Positions 1 to 8,706 of a stretch of DNA of 64,000 bases are shown here, one piece after another. The translations under genes and the position numbers were made by a program. Under the pieces are notes generated by a model, which was given only the letters and a program-made list of their open reading frames with translations, was not told where the DNA came from and did not search any database. The DNA is from an uncultured Pseudomonadales bacterium (GTDB lineage Bacteria > Patescibacteriota > Microgenomatia > UBA1400 > PJMF01). The stretch is taken from the NCBI GenBank assembly GCA_964406075.1, contig CAYOQI010000001.1, forward strand, positions 5,015 to 69,014, written 5' to 3'. Numbering within the stretch: the stretch's first letter is position 1; each line of letters starts with the position of its first letter.

Positions 1-51
1 CAAATTGGACTTCATTTTGTTCGACTCGACTTGAGAATAAAAGTTGGCCAT
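1..51 (-). CDS. 5' end of an unidentified gene that runs off the window (MANFYSQVESNKMKSNL...)
   Basis: ATG at 51..49 lies 1 nt downstream of the stop of the 53..427 ORF and is open to the window edge. Only 17 codons are visible. Confidence 0.2.
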   Translation of the reverse strand, partial: MANFYSQVESNKMKSNL

Positions 52-52
52 T

Positions 53-427
53 TTAAGTAGGTATTCTTACGTGATTGCTTAAAAAATCAATAGCGGCAAT
101 TGGGTTTTTTCCGACATTCTCGGCTCCTTCTAATTCATCAGTTCCAGAAAAACCAACCAATGGTAAATCTGGAACTGTTGTTTTTAGCCAAGCAATGACC
201 CTTTTCCCATCACTTCCACCGCTTGAGTTTTCATAATTCGCATCTACAACAGCACCAATATATCTTTCAGGGTGAGCGAGGATTCTTTGATTCAGTGCTT
301 GCTCCTCAATTAAATCTTTTGCAACATCAAGAAAAGCTCCTAGTTTTCTTTGAGCATTAATTCCGAGTAAAGGCAGGTTATCTGCTTGATCTTCGTATAC
401 CGCAATAAAACGTGATACTTCAACCAT
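53..427 (-). CDS. hypothetical protein (124 aa)
   Basis: Intact ORF directly downstream of the LemA gene on the same strand. I recognise no family motif. Confidence 0.5.
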   Translation of the reverse strand: MVEVSRFIAVYEDQADNLPLLGINAQRKLGAFLDVAKDLIEEQALNQRILAHPERYIGAVVDANYENSSGGSDGKRVIAWLKTTVPDLPLVGFSGTDELEGAENVGKNPIAAIDFLSNHVRIPT

Positions 428-453
428 TCAGTCCTTTCTTAATGGTATTTAAT

Positions 454-1044
454 TTACAAATTCACTTTGACATCTTTCATTTCTTCACCACTGACATTCA
501 CGTGCTCACCAGTAGTTGGAGTTTCCAAACCTTTTTCAGCGGTAAAGCCAAAGAGGTTTGCAAAGATATTTCCTGGAAAGGTAACAATCTTTTGATTGTA
601 TTGTTGTGTCAGGTCGATAAGAGTTCGGCGAGCATACATCATTTTGTCAGCAGTATCTGTGAGCTCTCGCATGAATTGTTGAACTGTTTCGTTGGACTTA
701 ATTTCTGGATTTGACTCAACTAAGATATTCAATCGACCGAGGACTTGTTGGAGATCAGCAACGGCTTTATCCACTTTCCCCATGTCTGTTCCACCTTCTG
801 CGGCATCAACTGATTTACGAGCATCCGTTAACATTTTAAAAATGTCTTTTTCTTGTTTGAGATAGGCTTTGACTGAAGATTCAAGATTTGGAATCAAACT
901 TGCTTGACGTTTCAGTTGATTACCAATTTCCTGAATACTTGCCACAATTCTCGTCTTCATGGTTTGAAGCGAGTTGTACATGGAAATAACGTAGGCAATG
1001 ACTGCGATGAGGATGATGCCAAGAATGATCGGTAGGGAAAACAT
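454..1044 (-). CDS. lemA: LemA family membrane protein
   Basis: N-terminal TM helix followed by typical LemA motifs (YNSLQ..., ESNPEIKSNETVQQF, YNQKIVTFPGNIFANLFGF). Confidence 0.85.
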   Translation of the reverse strand: MFSLPIILGIILIAVIAYVISMYNSLQTMKTRIVASIQEIGNQLKRQASLIPNLESSVKAYLKQEKDIFKMLTDARKSVDAAEGGTDMGKVDKAVADLQQVLGRLNILVESNPEIKSNETVQQFMRELTDTADKMMYARRTLIDLTQQYNQKIVTFPGNIFANLFGFTAEKGLETPTTGEHVNVSGEEMKDVKVNL

Positions 1045-1174
1045 AAAAACTCCTTTTAATGATTAACGCTGACAGAATTATACTCTGGTTGTCAAGATTT
1101 TGGGAAAGAGGAGGAATATGGTGAGAAGAACAGAGTTTGAGCCTGCTTTCGCTAAAGCTACAGCGAGGCAAAGG

Positions 1175-1247
1175 CGGACCCGACCGGATTCGAACCGGCG
1201 ATTTCCTCTGTGACAGAGAGGCGTGATAACCGCTACACTACGGGTCC
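1175..1247 (-). tRNA. tRNA-Asp (anticodon GTC)
   Basis: The reverse complement folds as a cloverleaf: acceptor GGACCCG/CGGGTCC, anticodon stem CCTCT/AGAGG with loop CTGTCAC, T-arm GCCGGTTCGAATCCGGT. Confidence 0.9.
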
Positions 1248-1467
1248 CTTGTTCTCGACAGCTTGCTGTCGGAATTTGTTTCTGATCGCTTGATCAGATT
1301 ATATATTGCTCTTCTCTTCTTCCATCCTTTAATTTGCTTCTCGCGATTATATGCGTCAGCTGCAAGCTCAAACTCTTCAAAATAAATAATCTTCTTGAAA
1401 GATTATTTGTTACTCCAACATAGAGAGTTCCAAAATTGATGCTTTCGAGAACATATAAATAAAACAT
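1240..1467 (-). pseudogene. degraded GIY-YIG (UPF0213-type) nuclease gene
   Basis: One frame of the minus strand reads MFYLYVLESINFGTLYVGVTNNLSRRL, the GIY-YIG N-terminal motif. A shifted frame reads EEFELAADAYNREKQIKGWKKRRAIYNLIKR, the C-terminal helix motif. The middle of the domain is missing and the frames differ. Confidence 0.6.
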
Positions 1468-1617
1468 TCTTTGACGATCCCGACACTAAAGTGTCGAGGA
1501 CCAGTTCCGAGAATTATATATCAGCTCCTTTGTATTGAGTAGAGTTATTCTTGCGGTCTATTTTAATGAGCAAAACTAGAAGAATTGATTGATTATTCAT
1601 GGTAATATTGATCCACT

Positions 1618-2097
1618 ATGGTGGAAAAAGATCAGATCAAACAGATTCTCAAATTTATCAAATATCATGAAGAACAGATGAGCCTTCTTTTTGGAGTCTT
1701 TGTTGTAATCGTGGTGATTTTTGGATTGTCTTGGTATTTCCAGATTTTGCCAACTATGAATCAAAATACACCAAGGGTGGAAAGTCCAGATATCATGCTT
1801 CCACCTCAGGTGAGTTTGCCGCCTGATGCAATGAACCCACCATCACCTGAGAGTCCGGTGTCTCCCGCCTCAACTGCTACTCCACTTCCTTCGCCCACCC
1901 TTATTCAATCGAGCTCAAGTCCTGCTTCTACCCCAGAAGTTCGAACATATGTCGTTCGAGCAGGTGAAGGCTTATGGCAAATTGCTGAGAGATTTTATGG
2001 AGATGGGAATCAATACGTGAGAATCTACAATGCCAATCGGAATGTGATGGCAAATCCTGAAGACATTCGTGTGGGGATGAGGTTAAGAATTCCCTAA
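1618..2097 (+). CDS. membrane-anchored LysM domain protein
   Basis: TM helix, Pro/Ser-rich linker and a C-terminal LysM motif (YVVRAGEGLWQIAERFYGDGNQYVRIYNANRN...IRVGMRLRIP). Confidence 0.85.
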   Translation: MVEKDQIKQILKFIKYHEEQMSLLFGVFVVIVVIFGLSWYFQILPTMNQNTPRVESPDIMLPPQVSLPPDAMNPPSPESPVSPASTATPLPSPTLIQSSSSPASTPEVRTYVVRAGEGLWQIAERFYGDGNQYVRIYNANRNVMANPEDIRVGMRLRIP

Positions 2098-2119
2098 AGT
2101 TAGGTATAATAACCAGATT

Positions 2120-2192
2120 GCCGAAGTAGCTCAGTTGGTAGAGCGCTGGTATCGTAAACCATAGGTCGGGGGTTCGACTCCCCCCTTCGGCT
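2120..2192 (+). tRNA. tRNA-Thr (anticodon CGT)
   Basis: GCCGAAG acceptor, D-arm AGCTCAGTTGGTAGAGC, anticodon loop ATCGTAA, T-arm GGGGGTTCGACTCCCCC. Confidence 0.9.
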
Positions 2193-2560
2193 CAGTTTTT
2201 TTTCAAAATCTTTTCAATATCAGCTTCTTTATAACTAGTTCCCTTTTTGGCTTTGCCTGTTTCAGTCACATCTTTACTCATATTGCTCTGATGAACCTCT
2301 TCAAAGATGGCATCAAATTTTTCTGTTAATCCGTATGTTTCGATTGTTCCGAGAACAGTATATAAAACATCAGCTGCTTCTTTTGCAAGGTGGCTGAGAT
2401 TTTTCTCTTTCATCGCTTCTTCAAGTTCTTTCAGTTCTTCTCGCATAATTTGGATACGAAATTGTCTCAGCTCGTCTGGAATATCAGTAGTTGGAGTTTT
2501 ATATACAATTGCAGAAAATTTTTTGTGAAAGTTATGAACTGCTTGAAGATATGAATTCAT
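2192..2560 (-). CDS. MazG-like all-alpha NTP pyrophosphohydrolase family protein
   Basis: 122 aa with the EE..E...A / LAKEAADVLY / SNMSK pattern typical of MazG/PRA-PH-like pyrophosphohydrolases. It has a 4-nt ATGA overlap with the upstream EEP gene. Confidence 0.7.
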   Translation of the reverse strand: MNSYLQAVHNFHKKFSAIVYKTPTTDIPDELRQFRIQIMREELKELEEAMKEKNLSHLAKEAADVLYTVLGTIETYGLTEKFDAIFEEVHQSNMSKDVTETGKAKKGTSYKEADIEKILKKN

Positions 2561-3333
2561 AGTTCAAGTATAGCAACCAAAGGCATGTGGTCAGATATAT
2601 CAGCATTAGGCATGTAGTGATCAACTACTTTAATATTGGGGGACACAAACAGGTAATCGACCACGTATGTCGGATCGGCATGCTTCCAGCGTTTACCGTT
2701 AAAAGTTGTTCTCAATTCATTTTTAAAAACATTTACTAGCTTACTTTCCAATCCTTGCATGGTCTGAGTATCTGGCGTGGTATTAAAATCTCCTGAAACG
2801 ATTACATATTCATCATTTTTTATTTCTTCTAAAATTTGATCTCGCATTTGCAGACGTCGAGGATTATCTTCTCCATCAAATCCCCAGACTCCATGAATAT
2901 TTATCGACTTCACTTTTTTATCTCCAATGTGAAGTGTTGATGCCACAAAGCTAGCCGGAGCATCAGAAAAATCTTTTGGTTGTTTTGAACTGTAGTAATT
3001 ATAGTCAAAGCCTTTGTGATCAGGCATATAAACCGAGTGAAAACTATCGATTGAAAATCGTGAAAAAGTGGCATTACCCATTGGTAAGTTGGTTTCTGGC
3101 GTAACTTGCCACTCGAATCCTTTTACAAATGCTGTGTAAGGATAGTTAAAATTATCTTGAATGAATTGAAAGCATGAATAATTGAGGTTATTTGGAAAGT
3201 GAATCCGCTGTTCATTACTAAATACTTCTTGGAGATGCAGAATGTCTCCGTTTTCTTTTTTCAAAAAATCCATCATGGGTTGAAAGATTTCTCCACCATG
3301 AAGTGTGTTGAGTTGGATGAGTTTGAAGTGCAT
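2557..3333 (-). CDS. endonuclease/exonuclease/phosphatase (EEP) family protein
   Basis: EEP catalytic motifs are present: LHLQEV, GNATFSRF, SGDFNTTPDT, SDHMPLVAILEL. Confidence 0.85.
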   Translation of the reverse strand: MHFKLIQLNTLHGGEIFQPMMDFLKKENGDILHLQEVFSNEQRIHFPNNLNYSCFQFIQDNFNYPYTAFVKGFEWQVTPETNLPMGNATFSRFSIDSFHSVYMPDHKGFDYNYYSSKQPKDFSDAPASFVASTLHIGDKKVKSINIHGVWGFDGEDNPRRLQMRDQILEEIKNDEYVIVSGDFNTTPDTQTMQGLESKLVNVFKNELRTTFNGKRWKHADPTYVVDYLFVSPNIKVVDHYMPNADISDHMPLVAILEL

Positions 3334-3335
3334 GG

Positions 3336-4046
3336 TTATAGTAAATCGGTAATTTCTTCAATAAGTAAATTTGTTTCAGAGGGAGGTATACGATCAGCAT
3401 TTTGAAAATCTAAACGTACACTTTCTTCAAAAAGTGGATATGCCTTTGAGAATCTTGTCCGAAGCGTATTATCAGTTGATAATTTATTTTTAAAATTAGT
3501 TACAGCTTCTTTTAAGTCAAAATAATAAATTACTGGAGAAAATCGAAAAATTGGTCGAACAATTCCACGATTATTAGTATTTAAATAAAATCCTAAATGT
3601 TCTTTCTCCTCAAGCTTTCTTTGCGGTTGATCAACTTCTAGCTGTTCGATTGTTGAGCCAGAAATATGCACTCCAGCAAGAAAGGAATTTTTTATTTCTT
3701 CAATTGGAACATTAACAATCTTTCTTAGTGTTCCAATATGAGCAAGAGGATTCCTATATGCATCCCATAAGAAGTATGCGATTTGAGCATATCTTGGGTT
3801 GGTAAAGAATTGTTGATAAAAATATTGGATGGCAGGTTTAGCTTCAATTTTATCAAATCTATTTGGAATGGCACCATTTTTGTAAGGATGTGCAAATTTA
3901 GCTAAGGACTCGGTTGCTATAAGACCCGCTCGAGCAATAACAAAGTTAGGCGAATTTCCTTGAGGATATTCAGCATTAATGAGTTTTTGATAGTCATCTA
4001 ATGCCAAATCAGTCCAATGAAAAACGGTTTTTATATTTTCTTCCAT
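3336..4046 (-). CDS. hypothetical protein with an Rx4H motif (possible HEPN-domain RNase)
   Basis: 236-aa intact ORF. RNPLAH (codons at 3755..3738) matches the R[N]xxxH HEPN signature. The stop lies 2 nt before the EEP start. The function call rests on this motif only. Confidence 0.45.
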   Translation of the reverse strand: MEENIKTVFHWTDLALDDYQKLINAEYPQGNSPNFVIARAGLIATESLAKFAHPYKNGAIPNRFDKIEAKPAIQYFYQQFFTNPRYAQIAYFLWDAYRNPLAHIGTLRKIVNVPIEEIKNSFLAGVHISGSTIEQLEVDQPQRKLEEKEHLGFYLNTNNRGIVRPIFRFSPVIYYFDLKEAVTNFKNKLSTDNTLRTRFSKAYPLFEESVRLDFQNADRIPPSETNLLIEEITDLL

Positions 4047-4087
4047 ATCTATTAATTACAAGAAATTTCCTAAACATTTCAGTTGTG

Positions 4088-4158
4088 AGCGGGTGAGGAG
4101 AATCGAACTCCCGTCTGCTCCTTGGGAAGGAGCCATGCTACCATTGAACCACACCCGC
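4088..4158 (-). tRNA. tRNA-Gly (anticodon CCC)
   Basis: Reverse complement is GCGGGTG...GCTCC TTCCCAA GGAGC...GGGAGTTCGATTCTCCT CACCCGC. The D-stem is imperfect. Confidence 0.85.
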
Positions 4159-4252
4159 ACTAATGAGTTTGATTGTACCAAAACTCTCACTTTTGTCTGC
4201 AGAGTCAGAATCACCAGATGCACATACCATAACTTTTTGGTACTATTAGGAA

Positions 4253-5095
4253 ATGCGCGAGAAACTTCTTGAATTGAAACAAAATATTGTATCTTGGTGG
4301 GATTCACTGGATGCCCCGGTTGCAAGTCCTACACCAGTGAGAGTAAGAACCGCGGTAACAAGTACTGTCACGAAACCAGTTTTATCAACAACAGTCCCAA
4401 TGACTATGGCATCACCTCAGGAATATCGGAGATTATTTACACAAAGTATGGTTTTTTTCGGAATCAGTGGTGTGGTGTGGTTACTCTTTTTGTTTGTCCT
4501 TATGCCACTGATGATTCGTTTCGCTGGCAATTTAAATAATCTGAGTTTTGAAGCGCAAGATGACAAAATGCCTCCACGTGTACCTTCTTTCTCTGTTCCA
4601 CAAACTGCAACCAATAGTGCCCGAATTAAAATCGCAGGATATGGTGAAGCTCAGTCCACGGTTGTCTTAGTTCGAAATGGTCAACAAGAGGAAAAAGTAG
4701 TTGCTGATGATGAAGGAGAGTTTTCAGTCGAATTTAATTTGGAAGAAGGGAAAAACTCGATTGCTTTCTTTGCAATAGATCAGGCTAATAATGAAAGCAC
4801 TTTGAGTCAGGTAACTGAAGTCACCTACGATAAAGATATTCCGGAATTAGCTTGGGATGAACCGAGTGATCAAAAAGTGGTGACGAACTTGCGTGAGCGA
4901 GAGATTAAAGTTTCAGGTCAGACACAAGAACAATCTCGTATTTTCCTCAATGACAAATTGGTCTTTGGTGACAGCAGTGGAAAATTTTCAGATACATTCT
5001 ATTTAAATGATGGAGAGAATGTTCTGACTCTAAAAGTGGTTGATCCCGCTGGAAATGAAATTGAAGAGAAACGAACGGTTTTCTTTAGACCGTAA
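4253..5095 (+). CDS. membrane-anchored surface protein with two Ig-like beta-sandwich repeats
   Basis: Central TM helix followed by two similar segments (IKIAGYGEAQSTVVLVRNG...EGEFSVEFNLEEGKNSIAFFAIDQANNES and IKVSGQTQEQSRIFLND...GENVLTLKVVDPAGNE), typical of bacterial Ig-like domains. Confidence 0.6.
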   Translation: MREKLLELKQNIVSWWDSLDAPVASPTPVRVRTAVTSTVTKPVLSTTVPMTMASPQEYRRLFTQSMVFFGISGVVWLLFLFVLMPLMIRFAGNLNNLSFEAQDDKMPPRVPSFSVPQTATNSARIKIAGYGEAQSTVVLVRNGQQEEKVVADDEGEFSVEFNLEEGKNSIAFFAIDQANNESTLSQVTEVTYDKDIPELAWDEPSDQKVVTNLREREIKVSGQTQEQSRIFLNDKLVFGDSSGKFSDTFYLNDGENVLTLKVVDPAGNEIEEKRTVFFRP

Positions 5096-5183
5096 ATCAA
5101 ATTAAATTCCAGTATTCAAATTCCAAATTCCTACAAACACGTTTCAAATTTCAATGTTAGAGCTTACTTTGTTACGTCTTGGT

Positions 5184-6371
5184 TTATGACATTCGATGTT
5201 TAAATTCATTCTCGCTTGCATAAGTCCACAACAAACTCATCATTACGATTGCCCACGGATAGACCAGGGATAAATTGAACATGCTGTGCGCTCCCCACGC
5301 AATAAAACATGCAAGTAAGACTGGCTGAGTGATCAATCGTTTTACGATTTCCACTGATAATGGAATAAAGCTGAATACTCCGATAATCCCAAATGAAGTA
5401 AGGAGAAAGACAAAACTGTTGTCGGGTCCTTTGGCGTGTTGAGGAATTCCATTGTCACTCACTTCTTGATCTCGATACATACCTTGACCAAGTAGGAACG
5501 ATAAAGGAGTTAATTGTTGTAAGGCAGTTTGATTACTTTCAATTCTCTGCTCAATACTCGCAGTGCGTTCCAACTTCACACCTTCTCCAGCTGGTCGTGG
5601 CAGAAAAGGAATGGCCAGTATGAAGATAGAAAACAGAATATAGAAGATAGAAGATTTTTTCGTTATCCCCAAGAAAAGTAGCCCAACCAGGAAAGCGAGG
5701 TATCCTGCTCGTGAATAGGTTAAAAGAATTGAAATGAGAAAGAACGGAACGATTAAAAACCTTTGATATTTTGATAAAAGATCCCTCGTCGTTCCCAGAT
5801 AAAATAACGTCGTTAAAATTATGATGAGAGCTGTAAATCCTGGGTCAAACAGGGTTGAAATTAATCGATAGTAATGATCATCCCAACCAAAGTTATACAA
5901 CCAGCGAGTGTCTGGCCAAATTAAGTATTGAACAATTCCAAGTGCTGCGATTCCTCCGCCGATCATCAAAATACTCCAATATATTTCCTTTTGTGAAAAC
6001 CATTTTTTCTTTTTTCCATATAACAGACTGAAGAAAAATCCCAGATAGAGTGACCAGCGAGCTAGATATAAAAGAGGTAGCGTTTGAAAGTTAAAAATAT
6101 TCCAACTCAATGTTTGAACAAGAATATACTCAAGTGGTAGTGCAACTGTTACTTGTAAACCTGGATTCCCGCCTACGCGGGAATGACCATGCCTTTTTTG
6201 TTGAAATATGTAATGCAAGCCAGAAAAAGTAATAAATATTCCCATCAAAATTTCATGGATATACACAGCAATACTTGGGGTAATTTGAATACGTTGCAGT
6301 TGCCCAAGCGTGAGAAGAATGACGATTGAACAGAATAAAAAGCGATATACAGTTGAAAAAGAAAATCTCAT
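5184..6371 (-). CDS. O-antigen ligase-like (Wzy_C) polytopic membrane protein
   Basis: More than 10 TM helices and the YSRAGYLAFLVGLLFL motif. The ATG at 6371 gives an ATGA overlap with the upstream GT2 stop, so I prefer it to the track start at 6404. Confidence 0.75.
   Translation of the reverse strand: MRFSFSTVYRFLFCSIVILLTLGQLQRIQITPSIAVYIHEILMGIFITFSGLHYIFQQKRHGHSRVGGNPGLQVTVALPLEYILVQTLSWNIFNFQTLPLLYLARWSLYLGFFFSLLYGKKKKWFSQKEIYWSILMIGGGIAALGIVQYLIWPDTRWLYNFGWDDHYYRLISTLFDPGFTALIIILTTLFYLGTTRDLLSKYQRFLIVPFFLISILLTYSRAGYLAFLVGLLFLGITKKSSIFYILFSIFILAIPFLPRPAGEGVKLERTASIEQRIESNQTALQQLTPLSFLLGQGMYRDQEVSDNGIPQHAKGPDNSFVFLLTSFGIIGVFSFIPLSVEIVKRLITQPVLLACFIAWGAHSMFNLSLVYPWAIVMMSLLWTYASENEFKHRMS
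6160..6193. repeat. palindromic repeat element embedded in frame in the ligase-like CDS
   Basis: cctggATTCCCGCctacGCGGGAATgaccatgcc has an 8-bp perfect stem (6165-6172 / 6177-6184). It is translated as GHSRVGGNPGLQ and shares the GTCATTCC core with the intergenic repeats in this window. Confidence 0.6.
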
Positions 6372-7171
6372 TTGACCATTCGATTTGTATTCTGCATTTC
6401 CCATAATTTTACCCTCATGAAAAAAGAGTGAAAAGACATAAGTAAAGCGTAGATTAATCCTCTCCAGCCATCTAAAAATCCAAGTTTAAGAAAGAAGTTT
6501 TGTAAAAATTTCCCAATAGGATAAGTAATCATTTCAAAAATCGAGGTGGTTTGGCCTTTTTCATTTTTTTCTTCAGCTAGAATTGATGTATAGGCATTTA
6601 CCTTCCCGATAAACTCACCGATTGAATCATGGGGCTCATGATGAATGGCTGAGGATATATCACCTACTTCCCCGTCAAATGACCAGACCTCGTGCGCAGA
6701 CCCTTTCCACATACCTTTATGTGTCTGACCTAATCGAATCAAAGAAATTGAGGCCGTTTCTCCATGGAGCATCTCTTTTCCAAGAAAGAAATCTGTCCGA
6801 GGAATGCGAAATGCTTCGACTGTACTCTTTGAAATTGCAGACAGAATTTCGTTTTTTAATTCTGATGTCACCCATTCATCGCTATCGAGAAAAAGTGTCC
6901 AAGTCGTATCAATGTGTCGCAAGGCTGAGTTTCGCATGACGGAAAAATGATTCACTTTCGTAGCGTGTTCGTAGATATCAATCTCTGAAAAAGTATTTTT
7001 GGCTTTCTCACGGAATTCTTTGAGGTCTTTTTTATTTTTTATTGCTGAAGTATCAATCACAAGAATAATTGGACACCAACTGACGCTTTCCATGGCTTTC
7101 CATAACTTTTGGTCAAGCTTGTGAGCAATAATGGCTGCGGTTAAATCTATGGATTGTTGAAGTTTTTTCAT
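6368..7171 (-). CDS. glycosyltransferase family 2 protein
   Basis: GT2 motifs (PIILVIDTS..., FLDSDEW, FRIPRTDFFLGK) resembling KdtX/WaaE-like enzymes. Confidence 0.8.
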   Translation of the reverse strand: MKKLQQSIDLTAAIIAHKLDQKLWKAMESVSWCPIILVIDTSAIKNKKDLKEFREKAKNTFSEIDIYEHATKVNHFSVMRNSALRHIDTTWTLFLDSDEWVTSELKNEILSAISKSTVEAFRIPRTDFFLGKEMLHGETASISLIRLGQTHKGMWKGSAHEVWSFDGEVGDISSAIHHEPHDSIGEFIGKVNAYTSILAEEKNEKGQTTSIFEMITYPIGKFLQNFFLKLGFLDGWRGLIYALLMSFHSFFMRVKLWEMQNTNRMVK

Positions 7172-8706
7172 GGATTAAATTGAACTAAAATTGTATTTGG
7201 GAAATGAATGATTTTTGCTCCTGGGTATGATAATAATTCAGTATCCAATTGTTCAATTGCAATTGTTAATTCCCGCTCAGTGATTTGTTCATTTCTTCTG
7301 TGTGAATTCAGTATAAATCGATAGTGGTCTAAATAGGAAGGAAATTCGCTCCCAGGGCTTGTGGAGACCAAAGTAAACGGTTGTTGGTTGGATAAATATT
7401 CAATTGTCTGTGCTACCTCTTTAATCTCTCCATAGCTAGTTCCATAGGTAAATGCTGTTGGTGATGGTGATACGAAAAAATTATTCTGGAAAATTGAAAT
7501 GGTGTTGATAGTAGCCCAGACACCAACAACAGCAAGCAGTCCAGACAGAAACTTTTTGGGAGCTTGCAAAATAAGGTATCCAATTATTATCGAGAAGAAC
7601 ACGATATATGGTGGGAAATACGCTTCAGAAGGTTTGCCATGAATCACATAGCTGACAGTGAGTAATACAAAGAGCATCCAGTTTATCCAGATTAATTCAG
7701 GAAGAGAGTGACGCTTTTTCCAAGCGAACATGGCACTCAGTAGTACAAAAATCATGAGCAGAATAAAAAGAATAGGTTGATCAACCGAAGCAATTCTTGT
7801 CCAGTACAGACTAAACTGCTCCCCGGTCGTCGCTATTCGGGAACTGTTCACTGTGTGTTTGCCATCGAAACCACTTAACGCTACAACTCGGTATCCCGCC
7901 CAAACCATAAAACCTCCGAGGTGTTCAAATCGATTTTGCAGGTCATACAGAATTTGTGGTAATAACCCCAGAATGAATCCAATTAAGCCTGGAAGCACGT
8001 TGTGAAAAGAGAATGAAAATTTATTTCTAATAAGAATGAGAGGAATGGCTACGATTAATAGGGCTAAAGAAAGCTCAAATTGAAATAAAATCCCCCAACA
8101 CAGCACCGCTAAAAATAAACTACCTTTCTTTTTATGATGAAGTCGTAACAATGACCATAGATACAGCAGAGTAAAAAAAGGAATAGGTGAAATGTGATAC
8201 GCCATTCGGCTATGAGCCACAGCTAATGGTGAGGTTGCCATCCAGAGTGATGCAACTTGAGCTACCTGAGTGGAGACGGTTTTTTCTACGAGCAAATATG
8301 TCAAAGCAACTGTCAGCACTCCGAGTAATGCTACAGCATATCCCAAAATGATGGGGTCATTTCCAAAAAAGAACATAATACTGGCCATGAACCAAATCAT
8401 GAGTGGACCTTGTCGGAATCGAGGGACACTCGATGGAATCCCAAGTAATGGAATCTTTCCATCGGAAATCATGTAATCTGCAACAATTAAATCTCTTCCA
8501 ATATCACCAAAGAAAATCATTTTTGAATCAAGTTGCCAAGTTCTTAAAACGGCAGCTAGAATGATAATGAACCAAAATGCTTTCTGGGTTGTAAAACTTG
8601 TGAAAACTTCTGAATTATTTTGTGAAAAAAAAGTGCGAAGATATTCAATTCCCTTATCAAAAGAATCAACAATTTGATCTTGGAGTGAAATAAATGAATT
8701 ACTCAT
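7168..8706 (-). CDS. GT-C fold glycosyltransferase (GT39/ArnT/PMT-like)
   Basis: 512-aa polytopic membrane protein with an ArnT/PMT_2-like N-terminal half and a soluble C-terminal domain. It has a 4-nt overlap with the downstream GT2 gene. Confidence 0.7.
   Translation of the reverse strand: MSNSFISLQDQIVDSFDKGIEYLRTFFSQNNSEVFTSFTTQKAFWFIIILAAVLRTWQLDSKMIFFGDIGRDLIVADYMISDGKIPLLGIPSSVPRFRQGPLMIWFMASIMFFFGNDPIILGYAVALLGVLTVALTYLLVEKTVSTQVAQVASLWMATSPLAVAHSRMAYHISPIPFFTLLYLWSLLRLHHKKKGSLFLAVLCWGILFQFELSLALLIVAIPLILIRNKFSFSFHNVLPGLIGFILGLLPQILYDLQNRFEHLGGFMVWAGYRVVALSGFDGKHTVNSSRIATTGEQFSLYWTRIASVDQPILFILLMIFVLLSAMFAWKKRHSLPELIWINWMLFVLLTVSYVIHGKPSEAYFPPYIVFFSIIIGYLILQAPKKFLSGLLAVVGVWATINTISIFQNNFFVSPSPTAFTYGTSYGEIKEVAQTIEYLSNQQPFTLVSTSPGSEFPSYLDHYRFILNSHRRNEQITERELTIAIEQLDTELLSYPGAKIIHFPNTILVQFNP

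Noticed and set aside
920-1171. 83-aa minus-strand ORF between the LemA gene and tRNA-Asp
   Set aside because: It overlaps the LemA N-terminus in another frame and abuts the tRNA. The sequence is low-complexity with no motif, so it is most likely a chance ORF.
4056-4325. 89-aa minus-strand ORF
   Set aside because: It runs straight through tRNA-Gly(CCC) at 4088-4158 and overlaps the start of the plus-strand Ig-like protein gene, so it is spurious.
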